From Ruminococcus sp. (lineage in GTDB: Bacteria > Bacillota > Clostridia > Oscillospirales > Acutalibacteraceae), in contig JAZSLX010000050.1 in assembly GCA_045535605.1 (NCBI GenBank), positions 1 to 62,610 of the forward strand: a DNA stretch of 62,610 nucleotides. Direction: 5' to 3'. How positions within the stretch are numbered: the first letter of the stretch is position 1; each line of letters starts with the position of its first letter. Of this stretch, positions 49,479-58,152 are shown in pieces. The notes beneath the pieces were generated by a model that was not told the DNA's origin, did no database searches, and was given only the letters and a program-made list of their open reading frames with translations. The position numbers and the translations under genes were made by a program.

Positions 49479-50835
49479 GAATACAGACAGAGCAGAAAAT
49501 TTTGATACGCTTGACCAGCTGGCTGTTATAGTGGATTTTCTGCGTGTAATACCCAGAATGTGGGTATGGATACTGATTCTTGTAATCGGATGCGGCGGGG
49601 CTTTTTATGCCAAGGCATATATGGACTATTTCCCCGTGTATAAGGCAGAGGCTACATTTACTATCAATATAACAAGAGAACAGAGCATCAGCGGTTCAAA
49701 CGCATATTATGACAATGCGGCGGCACAGCATTTGGCTCTTACTTTTCCCAGAATTCTTACGGGAGACCTGTTGCTCAGAATGGTAGCAGAGGATCTGGGA
49801 GAGCCTGTGACAGGGTCAATCAGAGCTACACAGGTGCCAGATACCAACCTGCTTACTCTGTCCGTAACAGACAGAGACCCCCAAAAGGCATATGATACCC
49901 TACAGAGTGTAATTGAAAACTACCCCGTGGTTTCTGAGCGGATAGTGGGAAAGGTTAATATGCACATTCTGGACGAGACAGGCGTTCCTGTGAGACCCAG
50001 TAACAACAAGGTCTTTACAAAGGATGCGCTGAAGGGTGCGGGTATAGGACTTATCATCGGACTTGTGTGGACCTTGCTTGTGTTCCTTGTGAACAGAACG
50101 GTTCGGTGTGAAGCTGATATCAAGAAAAAGCTGAGTATAAACTGCCTGGGCGTTGTGCCCAAGCTTAACAGCAAAAAGAGAACAAGGGATACAGCACAGT
50201 ATTATCTGCTGTCTGACCCCAAGGCAAAAGATGTTTTACAGGAACCCTTCAGAATGATAAAGAACAAGGTGGAGTATCAGGCACAGAAGCTGGGACTGAA
50301 AACTATCCTTGTTACCAGTGCTACTGCAGGTGAAGGAAAGAGCCTTTTTGCGGCTAACCTTTCTCTGTCCCTTGTTGCATCAGGCAAAAAGGTTGTTCTT
50401 ATAGACTGTGACCTGAGACACCCCACAGGACGAGTTGTTTTCAATATGAGCGAAAATGTGGGACTTGGTGAGTATCTGAAAGAAGAAATCAGCTTGCTTG
50501 ATTATCTTGCCGGTGCTAAGGAGGATAACAATCACGGTTTTCCAAACTTCCTGTTCCTACCCGGCGGAGCTCCAGTTGCAGACGGCTCCAACCTGCTTTC
50601 AAGCCAAAGAATGAAAGAGCTGATTATGTGTATGGAAGCAAAGGCTGACTACATAATTCTGGATAGTGCGCCTACGGGCCTTCTTACTGACTCAGCAGTT
50701 CTTGCAAAACATGCAGACGGCGCCGTTATGGTAGTAAGAAAAGAAGTTGCACGTGTTGACTTCATTATGGATGCACTTGGACATCTGTCTGAAAGTGACA
50801 TCCAGATTATCGGCGGCGTGCTCAATGATGTATAA
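49468..50835 (+). CDS. Wzz/CpsC-CpsD fusion BY-kinase without Tyr cluster
   Basis: TSATAGEGKS, LIDCDLRHP, ILDSAP; ends GGVLNDV*. Confidence 0.85.
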   Translation: MSTKNTDRAENFDTLDQLAVIVDFLRVIPRMWVWILILVIGCGGAFYAKAYMDYFPVYKAEATFTINITREQSISGSNAYYDNAAAQHLALTFPRILTGDLLLRMVAEDLGEPVTGSIRATQVPDTNLLTLSVTDRDPQKAYDTLQSVIENYPVVSERIVGKVNMHILDETGVPVRPSNNKVFTKDALKGAGIGLIIGLVWTLLVFLVNRTVRCEADIKKKLSINCLGVVPKLNSKKRTRDTAQYYLLSDPKAKDVLQEPFRMIKNKVEYQAQKLGLKTILVTSATAGEGKSLFAANLSLSLVASGKKVVLIDCDLRHPTGRVVFNMSENVGLGEYLKEEISLLDYLAGAKEDNNHGFPNFLFLPGGAPVADGSNLLSSQRMKELIMCMEAKADYIILDSAPTGLLTDSAVLAKHADGAVMVVRKEVARVDFIMDALGHLSESDIQIIGGVLNDV

Positions 50836-50845
50836 GGAGTCTTTG

Positions 50846-51298
50846 GTGAAGGTAATAGATACAGAGAGCTTTTTGTCGGTGCTTTGTGAGCTGGCACAGG
50901 AAGGAAACAAAGTCAGCACTGTTGTTACAGGTGGCAGCATGCTCCCTTTTCTGACAAGTGGCAGGGACTATGTGTATCTTGAAAAGCCCCGCAGAAACTT
51001 AAGAAAAGGGGACGTTGTGCTTTTCAGGCGAGAGAGCGGCGCCTTTGTGCTGCACAGGATAAAACGCATAAAGGGCGAAAACTTCTATCTTATAGGCGAC
51101 CGTCAGTATGAATTAGAGGGCCCTGTGAAAAGAGAGCAGATTCTTGCTGTTGCAACGGGTGCCAAGCGAAAGGGCAGGGAAATTACAACAAAAAGTCCTG
51201 TGTGGCTGTTTTACAGTAAAATCTGGATTAACAGTGTTTTCCTGAGGCCTCTTGTGTTCAGATTTATAGGCTTTTTACACAAAGACAAGGAAAGTTGA
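50846..51298 (+). CDS. S24/S26 family peptidase (Ser-His type)
   Basis: GGSMLPFL, GDVVLFRR, LHRI, IGD; GTG start after AAGGAG. Confidence 0.8.
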   Translation: MKVIDTESFLSVLCELAQEGNKVSTVVTGGSMLPFLTSGRDYVYLEKPRRNLRKGDVVLFRRESGAFVLHRIKRIKGENFYLIGDRQYELEGPVKREQILAVATGAKRKGREITTKSPVWLFYSKIWINSVFLRPLVFRFIGFLHKDKES

Positions 51299-51319
51299 TT
51301 TTTAATTAGGAGTATCCTT

Positions 51320-52033
51320 ATGATTGATATTCATTGTCACATTCTGCCCGGCTTTGATGATGGAGCGGGAGATATTTACGATACCGTGGAAATGGCGTCC
51401 CTGGCTTATGCAAGCGGAACAAAGGTTATTGTTGCAACTCCTCATTGCAATGTTCCGGGAACAAGCGGTAATTACTACAACTCTCATTACAGGGAAGTTT
51501 TTCGCAGTGCTTGTGAGGTGCTGGAGAAAGAGCGGATTCCCATAAGGCTTCTGCCCGGCATGGAGGTTTTTGCAACCTTTGATTTACCGGAGCTTATTAT
51601 GGATAAGCAGATTCTCACAATAAATCAGAGCAACTATCTGCTTGTGGAGTTTGCCTTTGACGAGGACCCTGAGTTTGTAGAAATCATGGTGGACAGAATC
51701 AAGGAGATTAATATTAAGCCTGTTATTGCCCACCCTGAGAGATATGAGTTCATAAAGGATGACCTTGAATTTGCAGGTCATCTTGTGAGAAAGGGTGCAA
51801 TCCTGCAGGCAAACAAAGGAAGCCTCATGGGCAGATACGGCAGACGGTCTGAGATTACTGTAAATGAGCTTCTGAAGCAGAATCTTATCAGTGTTGTGGC
51901 AAGCGATGCACACAGTGCTCAGATACGCACTCCCGATATGAGACGTGCACGTTCTGCGGCAAAGGAAATCTGTGATATAAAAAAGCTGTTTGAAGATAAT
52001 CCCATGAAAATCTGCACAAATCAACCGTTATAA
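51320..52033 (+). CDS. PHP-family protein-tyrosine phosphatase (CpsB/CapC-like)
   Basis: IDIHCHILPGFDDG, ATPH, IAHPERY, ASDAH. Confidence 0.92.
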   Translation: MIDIHCHILPGFDDGAGDIYDTVEMASLAYASGTKVIVATPHCNVPGTSGNYYNSHYREVFRSACEVLEKERIPIRLLPGMEVFATFDLPELIMDKQILTINQSNYLLVEFAFDEDPEFVEIMVDRIKEINIKPVIAHPERYEFIKDDLEFAGHLVRKGAILQANKGSLMGRYGRRSEITVNELLKQNLISVVASDAHSAQIRTPDMRRARSAAKEICDIKKLFEDNPMKICTNQPL

Positions 52034-52047
52034 TTTTGAGATAAATA

Positions 52048-52081
52048 AAATCGGCATACGCTTAATTGCGTATGCCGATTT
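52048..52081. terminator. Bidirectional terminator PHP/CotH
   Basis: AAATCGGCATACGC...GCGTATGCCGATTT perfect stem. Confidence 0.85.
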
Positions 52082-52106
52082 GTTATGCTATGAAGTTTTC
52101 TGAGAA

Positions 52107-55100
52107 TCAGAGAAGCTCTATAAGTCCTGCGATGAATTTCTGAATCTCTGTTGCGTCGCTTATGGAGACTTTTGTATCACGGTTTGCATCTGCAAGAAGC
52201 TGAGCCTTTTCGCTGAAGCTTACAAGTGCTGCCAGATGCTTCTGAATAGCTGTTGCGTCCTTGATGGTAACAATTCCGTCAAGGTCTGCATCGCCGATGA
52301 TATCCTCGCTGTCAACAGGATTACCTGTGATGATTATATTGTTGATTACAAGCTCACCGCCTGTGGGGTCATCAGCAGTAGTGTCGCCGCTCACAGTTGT
52401 GGTGGAGGTTGCATAAAGTCTCAGGATAACAGAGTCCTTGTCAGCAATTTCCTGAGGCAGAGTCAGGTTGTCAAAGTAAGCGATAGGAGTTTTTCTGTCT
52501 TCCAGTGCGATAGTGTAGGAAGCGTTCTCGATATCTGTAAAGCTTTCTCCGTCAAGGCTGTATGCAAGCTGCCATGATGCAGGACACTTCTTTGAGCCTG
52601 CACTTGTAAGGGATATTGCTATATCCTTGAAGCTCTTTGTGCTGAGTGTTACCTGTACATAGGGTTTTTCGCCCCAAGGATTTTTGTTGCCTGCTGCCAT
52701 AATGGGAACGATGTCTTCGTCCTCTCCGTATTCAGCGGCGGACCACTCAAGTGCTCTGTAGCCCTCATCGTTTACAGAAGCTACAAGAGTACCATCACCG
52801 AAGGTAGCCTGATATCCGTTCTTAGAGCCGTACTCCTCAAGCTTATCACCCTCTGTCTTGCCTGTGGAATCAAAGACAAAAGCAGAGATTGTGTTGTGGG
52901 GGAGTGTGGGTGTTGCGGGATTTGTGGAAGGCTCTGTGGGAGCAGTTGTTGATTCAGTTGAGGGAGCAGTTGTTTTTTCTTCAGAAGCAGTTGTTCCGGG
53001 AGTTGTAGTAGGTTCTGTGGGCTCTTCAGGCTCAGTGTATGCAATTGACTCTACATTGTAGTAGGGCTGACCTGCCTCGTTGATTTTGCCTGAGGGATCG
53101 GTTGTGTAGAAAAGACGTGAGTCTGTGGGAATATCGGTAGATACGGTCTGAGCGCCAAGGCTTCCGTTATTGAAGATAAATTTATTTACCTTGTTGTCGG
53201 TTATTGTTGCCTTGTAGATGTTCTGACCGTATTCAGTGGTGCCAACAAGCTCTGCTTTTTCGCCGGGCCAACGCATAGGAATGTGGCCTGTGCCCCATAA
53301 ATAGCAGTGTACGTCAGTCCAGTCAAGCTCTGTTGAGAAGTAAACTACTCTTTCGTCATCGGCAGGGGGAGTAACAGGCTCCTGCTCACCATTGAAGTAG
53401 GAGGTCATCCACTCGGATCTTGCCTGGATCCAATCCTTAAGATACTCAAGCTCGCCTGCAACGTCGTTTGTGTAATTATCAGGCAGGCTCTTGTTCTTAT
53501 CCTGACACAGCCACATGAAATCCCACATTATATAGTTGATGTATGTGGTCTTTTCGATAGAAGCTGCGTATTCGTCAATGCTTTTGATTTTGTCGTCAGC
53601 ATCGGGCTGAGCTTTGCCCAGAAGAACGTCAATCTTGGGCAGGAAGTTTTCTTTCCAGATTTCAGCGCAAACCTGCTCGAAGGTCTTGCCATCGGAGGTT
53701 GTGCCCTTTACATAGAATGCCTGACCATAGGGGTTGATTGTACGCTCATACTTTGCAGTACGTGTAGTCCATCCCTTGTGGTCGCTTGTAGAGGTCTGGC
53801 AGTTGTCACGCCATACATCAACAGCACCTAAGTGTGAATCGCAGTCCCAGATGGGAGCAGCGTAGAATTTACCTTCTGTAGCATTGTAGGTGAAGAATGT
53901 GCTGGTATAACCGCCGTCGCAGTTCTTGCCGAAATCCTGAAGCAGGTATTGCTCGGCAAGACTCTCAATATCGCAAATAGCTTCAATATCCGCAAGAGTT
54001 CCTCCATAGAGGGCGTCCTCAAGCTCCTGATATTTGTTCTTTATGTAATCGTATCTTACCTGCCAAGCGTCGCTGTTTGTCTCGAAATCCTCCAGATCGG
54101 GAGTTTTCAGAACAACGTGATAACCCTTTTTAGATACAAAGTAGGTATCTGCGGCATAGTTCCATACGTCTACCTCAACAAGGAAGTTGAAGCCGGTCTC
54201 CTTGTCCTCGGATTCGTCCTTGAGGGAAACAACGGAATTTTTGCCAAGGTCGATTTTCTGACAGGCGATGTATGAACCGCGGTACACACCGTTTACAAAG
54301 AAGTCGATGAAGCTCTGGTCTGAGGAGTAGGGGTTGCCGATATCGTTTGCAAAGTCGTACATCACAGCGTTTCTCAGAAGTGTAGAGTCCTTTGCACTTG
54401 ATACCAGAGAGAACTTCTTGCTGGTGGTGGTGCCGATGGTGGTCATATCATCAAAGTTGATGTTAAAGGGCTTTTTGTCGGTTTCTTTCCAGTTTGTGTT
54501 ACCTCTGCCCTTGATTTTCTTCAGGTCGCCGTCCTGTACACCGTTTTTGTCTACGATGGAATACTGAGCAGTGGAAACGGAATTCTCCTTGTTCTGTACA
54601 AGGAAGGACCACAGGTCTGTTTCCTGAAGTTTACCCGCATAATCCTCGTAGGAGTTTGTTACGTCGTTAATGTACAGAGAAGCCTCTGCGTCACTCTTCA
54701 TTACCTTGAGAGTGTAGCTTCTGGTTTCGCCTACATAAACAGAGATAGCTTCGTTCTCTGTGTAGTCAACAAAAGCACTGGTGTGAGAAGGAATCAGAAC
54801 ATCTCCAACCAAAGCGTCCTCGTGATAGCCGTTGTAGATTTCAATAAGGCTGTCATCTGATACAGCAGGGAGGAAGAAGTAACGCACACCTTCCTCGGCA
54901 TTGAAGCCTGCATAGTCTTTCATCCATTTCTGCCATGCCTCGGTGCTGTCATCACCGGGGATAGCATGGGCAAAAAGCGCCTCCCAGTTTTCCAATGCAA
55001 AGCTGGGATGTGCATCGGGATTGGGGGAGAGCACAGGTTCTGAGTCTGCCGCAAATGCAAAGGGAAATGCAGTAAGAAGCAAACAGAGAACCATAAGAAT

Positions 55101-55118
55101 GCTTATAAATTTTTTCAT
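52107..55118 (-). CDS. Secreted CotH-family kinase + CBM26-like module + beta-domain + dockerin
   Basis: IKGRGNT, KKPFNI, NGVYRGSY, APIWDCD; VYF..DWTDVHCYLW..WPG..FIFNNG..QT; C-terminal dockerin. Confidence 0.8.
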   Translation of the reverse strand: MKKFISILMVLCLLLTAFPFAFAADSEPVLSPNPDAHPSFALENWEALFAHAIPGDDSTEAWQKWMKDYAGFNAEEGVRYFFLPAVSDDSLIEIYNGYHEDALVGDVLIPSHTSAFVDYTENEAISVYVGETRSYTLKVMKSDAEASLYINDVTNSYEDYAGKLQETDLWSFLVQNKENSVSTAQYSIVDKNGVQDGDLKKIKGRGNTNWKETDKKPFNINFDDMTTIGTTTSKKFSLVSSAKDSTLLRNAVMYDFANDIGNPYSSDQSFIDFFVNGVYRGSYIACQKIDLGKNSVVSLKDESEDKETGFNFLVEVDVWNYAADTYFVSKKGYHVVLKTPDLEDFETNSDAWQVRYDYIKNKYQELEDALYGGTLADIEAICDIESLAEQYLLQDFGKNCDGGYTSTFFTYNATEGKFYAAPIWDCDSHLGAVDVWRDNCQTSTSDHKGWTTRTAKYERTINPYGQAFYVKGTTSDGKTFEQVCAEIWKENFLPKIDVLLGKAQPDADDKIKSIDEYAASIEKTTYINYIMWDFMWLCQDKNKSLPDNYTNDVAGELEYLKDWIQARSEWMTSYFNGEQEPVTPPADDERVVYFSTELDWTDVHCYLWGTGHIPMRWPGEKAELVGTTEYGQNIYKATITDNKVNKFIFNNGSLGAQTVSTDIPTDSRLFYTTDPSGKINEAGQPYYNVESIAYTEPEEPTEPTTTPGTTASEEKTTAPSTESTTAPTEPSTNPATPTLPHNTISAFVFDSTGKTEGDKLEEYGSKNGYQATFGDGTLVASVNDEGYRALEWSAAEYGEDEDIVPIMAAGNKNPWGEKPYVQVTLSTKSFKDIAISLTSAGSKKCPASWQLAYSLDGESFTDIENASYTIALEDRKTPIAYFDNLTLPQEIADKDSVILRLYATSTTTVSGDTTADDPTGGELVINNIIITGNPVDSEDIIGDADLDGIVTIKDATAIQKHLAALVSFSEKAQLLADANRDTKVSISDATEIQKFIAGLIELL

Positions 55119-55280
55119 TGTTTCATCTCCTGAAATAGTAATTTGAAAAAACGATTTTCATCCATTTACATCATAGCATACAGGAGGTTCAATTACAACC
55201 AAAACAACTGAGCATAATGTAAATTTTTGGGTTTGGATTTTGTAGATAATAACGAGGTTTCTGTGAAAACAGCACAAAGA

Positions 55281-55317
55281 AAAATGCACCTTGCGGTCAA
55301 AATAACCAAGGTGCATT
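55281..55317 (-). terminator. Terminator after radical SAM gene
   Basis: AATGCACCTTG...CAAGGTGCATT hairpin with T-tract on minus strand. Confidence 0.7.
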
Positions 55318-55324
55318 GTGACTA

Positions 55325-56446
55325 TTAATTGTTGTCTGAATTTTCGCTTTCTGCGATTCTTGTTACAGCCGCTCTGTATGCTCTGTTAAGCCTGCACATA
55401 TACTCAGGCTTGCCGTCAAATCTGCCTGTTTCTGCAAAGGTAACGGCGGCACAGTTCATACAGGATTTTTGCTCAGGACATGAGGTGCATTCAGGACACA
55501 GGCGGATATCCCTGCAGATAGCCTTGAGCTCCTCCCAAGCAATAAGGAAGTCTTTCTCTGCAAGGTTTACACAGGGGGTACTGAGCATACCGCAGGGTGT
55601 AAGCATACCGTGCCATGTAAGCCAGAACTGAGAGCGTCCTGCCATGCACTGGATAGGGTCGCCTACGTCCAGCTCACAACTGCGCTGTACAGGGGTACCA
55701 AGATGAGAAGCTCTTTTTCTTATGCTTTCTATACCCTCTCTGTAGTAGATGTCAAGGGCAATAAGCTCACCTGCTGTGTGAGCCTCAAGCCTTGTGAAAT
55801 CAGAGCAGGAGGAGCACTCCTCACGCCTTGTAGGGGGGAAGCAGTAGCTTGTCATACGAAGCTCACAGCCTCGGCTTTTTGCAAATTCCTCAAGCTCCAT
55901 CCATTTTTTGTAGTTTACAGGGGTCATGGTGGTGTTCAGATGTATGAGAATCCCCTCATTCTGAAGCCAATCTATGGCTTCACAAACCTTACAAAAGGCA
56001 GAGCCGTCACCGCACAGTGCCTCGTAGTCAGCTTCGCTTACACCGTAAAGAGTGATGTTCACCTGTGCAGGGGGAAGTCTGCGCCACAGCTCTTTGATTT
56101 CATCGGTGATGAGGGTGCCGTTTGTATTAACGCTGATGGAAAGTCCCAGATTAGTAAGGGACTCATATATTTCAGGAAAATCCTTACGCAGGGTGGGTTC
56201 ACCTCCTGTAAGCAGGAGGAACACAAGACCTGCATCCTTGCACTGTCTGCCAAGGTCTATCCACTGTGAAGCCGTAAGCTCTTTGCCTATAGGTGCCATC
56301 TGCTCAGGGGTCAGACGCACATAGCACATTTTACATCTCAGGTTGCAACGGGGAGTCAGCTCAAAAATACCGCTGACAGGAATTCCCAAGTCTGCACACT
56401 GACGGGAAAGAGTGCGTTTTATCTGAGCACTGGAGGTGGGTGTCAT
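55325..56446 (-). CDS. Radical SAM/SPASM-domain peptide maturase
   Basis: CNLRCKMC, TGGEP, NTNG; SPASM Cys array CMAG..TPC..CTSC..CMNC..YMC. Confidence 0.88.
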   Translation of the reverse strand: MTPTSSAQIKRTLSRQCADLGIPVSGIFELTPRCNLRCKMCYVRLTPEQMAPIGKELTASQWIDLGRQCKDAGLVFLLLTGGEPTLRKDFPEIYESLTNLGLSISVNTNGTLITDEIKELWRRLPPAQVNITLYGVSEADYEALCGDGSAFCKVCEAIDWLQNEGILIHLNTTMTPVNYKKWMELEEFAKSRGCELRMTSYCFPPTRREECSSCSDFTRLEAHTAGELIALDIYYREGIESIRKRASHLGTPVQRSCELDVGDPIQCMAGRSQFWLTWHGMLTPCGMLSTPCVNLAEKDFLIAWEELKAICRDIRLCPECTSCPEQKSCMNCAAVTFAETGRFDGKPEYMCRLNRAYRAAVTRIAESENSDNN

Positions 56447-57318
56447 ATTAAAATCTCCTTTGAGAAAAGAGTTTTGTAAGCAAGCTCTACTGCATCCTTG
56501 TCGGGCCTGCAGGTCAGCTCCCATACGGGAACACAGTTAAGCATATCCTGTAGATTGCCTGTGGTTTTTTTCATAAATTCTTCGTCCCAGGTGTTGAGGG
56601 TTATCTGGCTGTAAAGCTCTGCGAAAGCCTGAATCGAGAGCCTTCTGACAGAGTTTTCCGTACCCTTCTTCAGGGTGAATATACCTGCGATTGGGGCACT
56701 TTTAGGATTATAGATACCAGATGTGCCGCTCCAGATTGAGCCGCCACCGAAGAATACACCTTCTTTATTTGTGATTACACAGCGGTCGCCGTTGATAATC
56801 TCAGCACCCTTGCAGGATTCCCACAGCTTTGCCTGGGTGGACTTGCCTGCGCCTGATTGTCCGCAGAAAAGTACAACCTTATCATTTATATACACCACAG
56901 AGCTGTGCAGTAAAAAGGAGTCAAGTTGCATAAGCAGCATCTCTCCCCACAGAAGATGGGCACAGTGCCAGTATTTGCGATAACGCTCCCATCTTGAAGC
57001 AGGATAATAGAGTGTGTTTTTCAGATTTGAGCGCAAAAGACAGGCCACCTGACATCCATTCTCTTCTGTAAGAGGAGAATAAATACGCAGACGGCCTTCG
57101 TTAGTTACATATATTTGAGAGTTGCCGTCAGTGTGTACAGGGGGAGTTTGTGGTTTCAGGGGCTCGTCAATAAGAGTCACCCTGTACTCAGCATCTGCGT
57201 CCTTGCAGTCTGAGCACGCAAGCTCGGTGATACACTCGGGCAAATTAATGGGAGTAGGCAGAATAAATCTGATTGTTATCCCTGAAAAAAAGATACAGCA
57301 GGAGTATTCGCCGGACAT
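56443..57318 (-). CDS. HPr-kinase-like P-loop protein (putative peptide kinase)
   Basis: LHSSVV, CGQSGAGKST, IINGDR; start ATG 57318 abuts precursor stop. Confidence 0.75.
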   Translation of the reverse strand: MSGEYSCCIFFSGITIRFILPTPINLPECITELACSDCKDADAEYRVTLIDEPLKPQTPPVHTDGNSQIYVTNEGRLRIYSPLTEENGCQVACLLRSNLKNTLYYPASRWERYRKYWHCAHLLWGEMLLMQLDSFLLHSSVVYINDKVVLFCGQSGAGKSTQAKLWESCKGAEIINGDRCVITNKEGVFFGGGSIWSGTSGIYNPKSAPIAGIFTLKKGTENSVRRLSIQAFAELYSQITLNTWDEEFMKKTTGNLQDMLNCVPVWELTCRPDKDAVELAYKTLFSKEILI

Positions 57319-57319
57319 A

Positions 57320-57580
57320 TCAGGAAGTAAATGCAGCACTAACCTGTGTGTGAACACAGATTTTGTCATTATCCTGAATGTGAGCGGCGTTGATTGCACA
57401 ATCCACGCTGAAATACTCAGGGAAAACATACGCGATACTCCTCATCTCAGGGGGAGTGTCCTCGTCTCTTACAACACAGGCGTTGACAAGAGAGTTGATT
57501 TGAATAACGCAAGCGGCAATAGATTGGCTGAGCTTGTAGTGCTCTACTGCTACCATAGGCTTTTTGTATTCCATTTTCAT
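57320..57580 (-). CDS. Putative RiPP precursor peptide (86 aa, YxxP leader, 4 Cys, C-terminal Ser)
   Basis: MKMEYKKPMV...SIAAC...C...C...CVHT..AFTS; RBS GAAAGGTAGG; between PqqD and kinase. Confidence 0.75.
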   Translation of the reverse strand: MKMEYKKPMVAVEHYKLSQSIAACVIQINSLVNACVVRDEDTPPEMRSIAYVFPEYFSVDCAINAAHIQDNDKICVHTQVSAAFTS

Positions 57581-57658
57581 ACTATATCAACCTACCTTTC
57601 AGGGGACGGCATATGACTTGTCATACTGCTGTCCGCACTGTTCTTTACTGGGCTCCAC

Positions 57659-57928
57659 TCAATTTTCTATAAGGATTCCGTTTTCACGCAGAATGCCAAG
57701 AAATTCTTTAACATCTGTCTGAGCGGTGGCAGGGGTTACATCGTAAGCCTCAAGGAGTGCCTGCACAAGGCTCTGCTCAGTCTGTTCTTTTTTGAGCAGT
57801 TCAAAGAGGAATTTACCGCTTCCGCCCAAAGCAACCAGACCCGAAAGTCCTTTTGCGGCTTCGCCTGTGGGGATAGCCACGGTCTCACCAGCGACCTCAC
57901 GGATAATAAAGCCGGACGGAATATGCAT
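57659..57928 (-). CDS. PqqD family RiPP recognition element (stand-alone RRE)
   Basis: FIIREVAGETVAIP..L..SGKFLFELL..YDV..AQTDVKEFL..LRENGIL. Confidence 0.88.
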   Translation of the reverse strand: MHIPSGFIIREVAGETVAIPTGEAAKGLSGLVALGGSGKFLFELLKKEQTEQSLVQALLEAYDVTPATAQTDVKEFLGILRENGILIEN

Positions 57929-57992
57929 ATTTTTCCTCCTAAATTGCGTGTAAAAAGGTTAAAAACCTATACCGCGACAAATACTCACATTT

Positions 57993-58021
57993 ATTATAAC
58001 GAGTCAATAATGAAATTGCAA
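57993..58021 (-). promoter_or_regulatory. Sigma-A-like promoter of pqqD operon
   Basis: Minus strand TTGCAA-17-TATAAT. Confidence 0.6.
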
Positions 58022-58063
58022 TACCTTTTGCATAATTTTTATACATATTTTTTCCAAAAATTG

Positions 58064-58092
58064 TTGACTGTGTAAAACGGCGGTGATATAAT
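58064..58092 (+). promoter_or_regulatory. Sigma-A promoter of lipoprotein/fibro-slime unit
   Basis: TTGACT-17-TATAAT with TG extension. Confidence 0.7.
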
Positions 58093-58152
58093 CTATTATG
58101 TATTGTAATAGTTATAATAGGATAAAAGTCTGCGTTTGTCGGAGGTGATACG

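Noticed and set aside
47895-52033. Complete capsule/EPS locus
   Set aside because: No priming or other glycosyltransferases, flippase or polymerase between the flanking terminators; such genes could exist elsewhere in the genome
55325-57928. PQQ biosynthesis or lasso peptide cluster
   Set aside because: No PqqB/C or ExxxY-type PqqA; no asparagine-synthetase-like cyclase or transglutaminase-like B2 peptidase in the window
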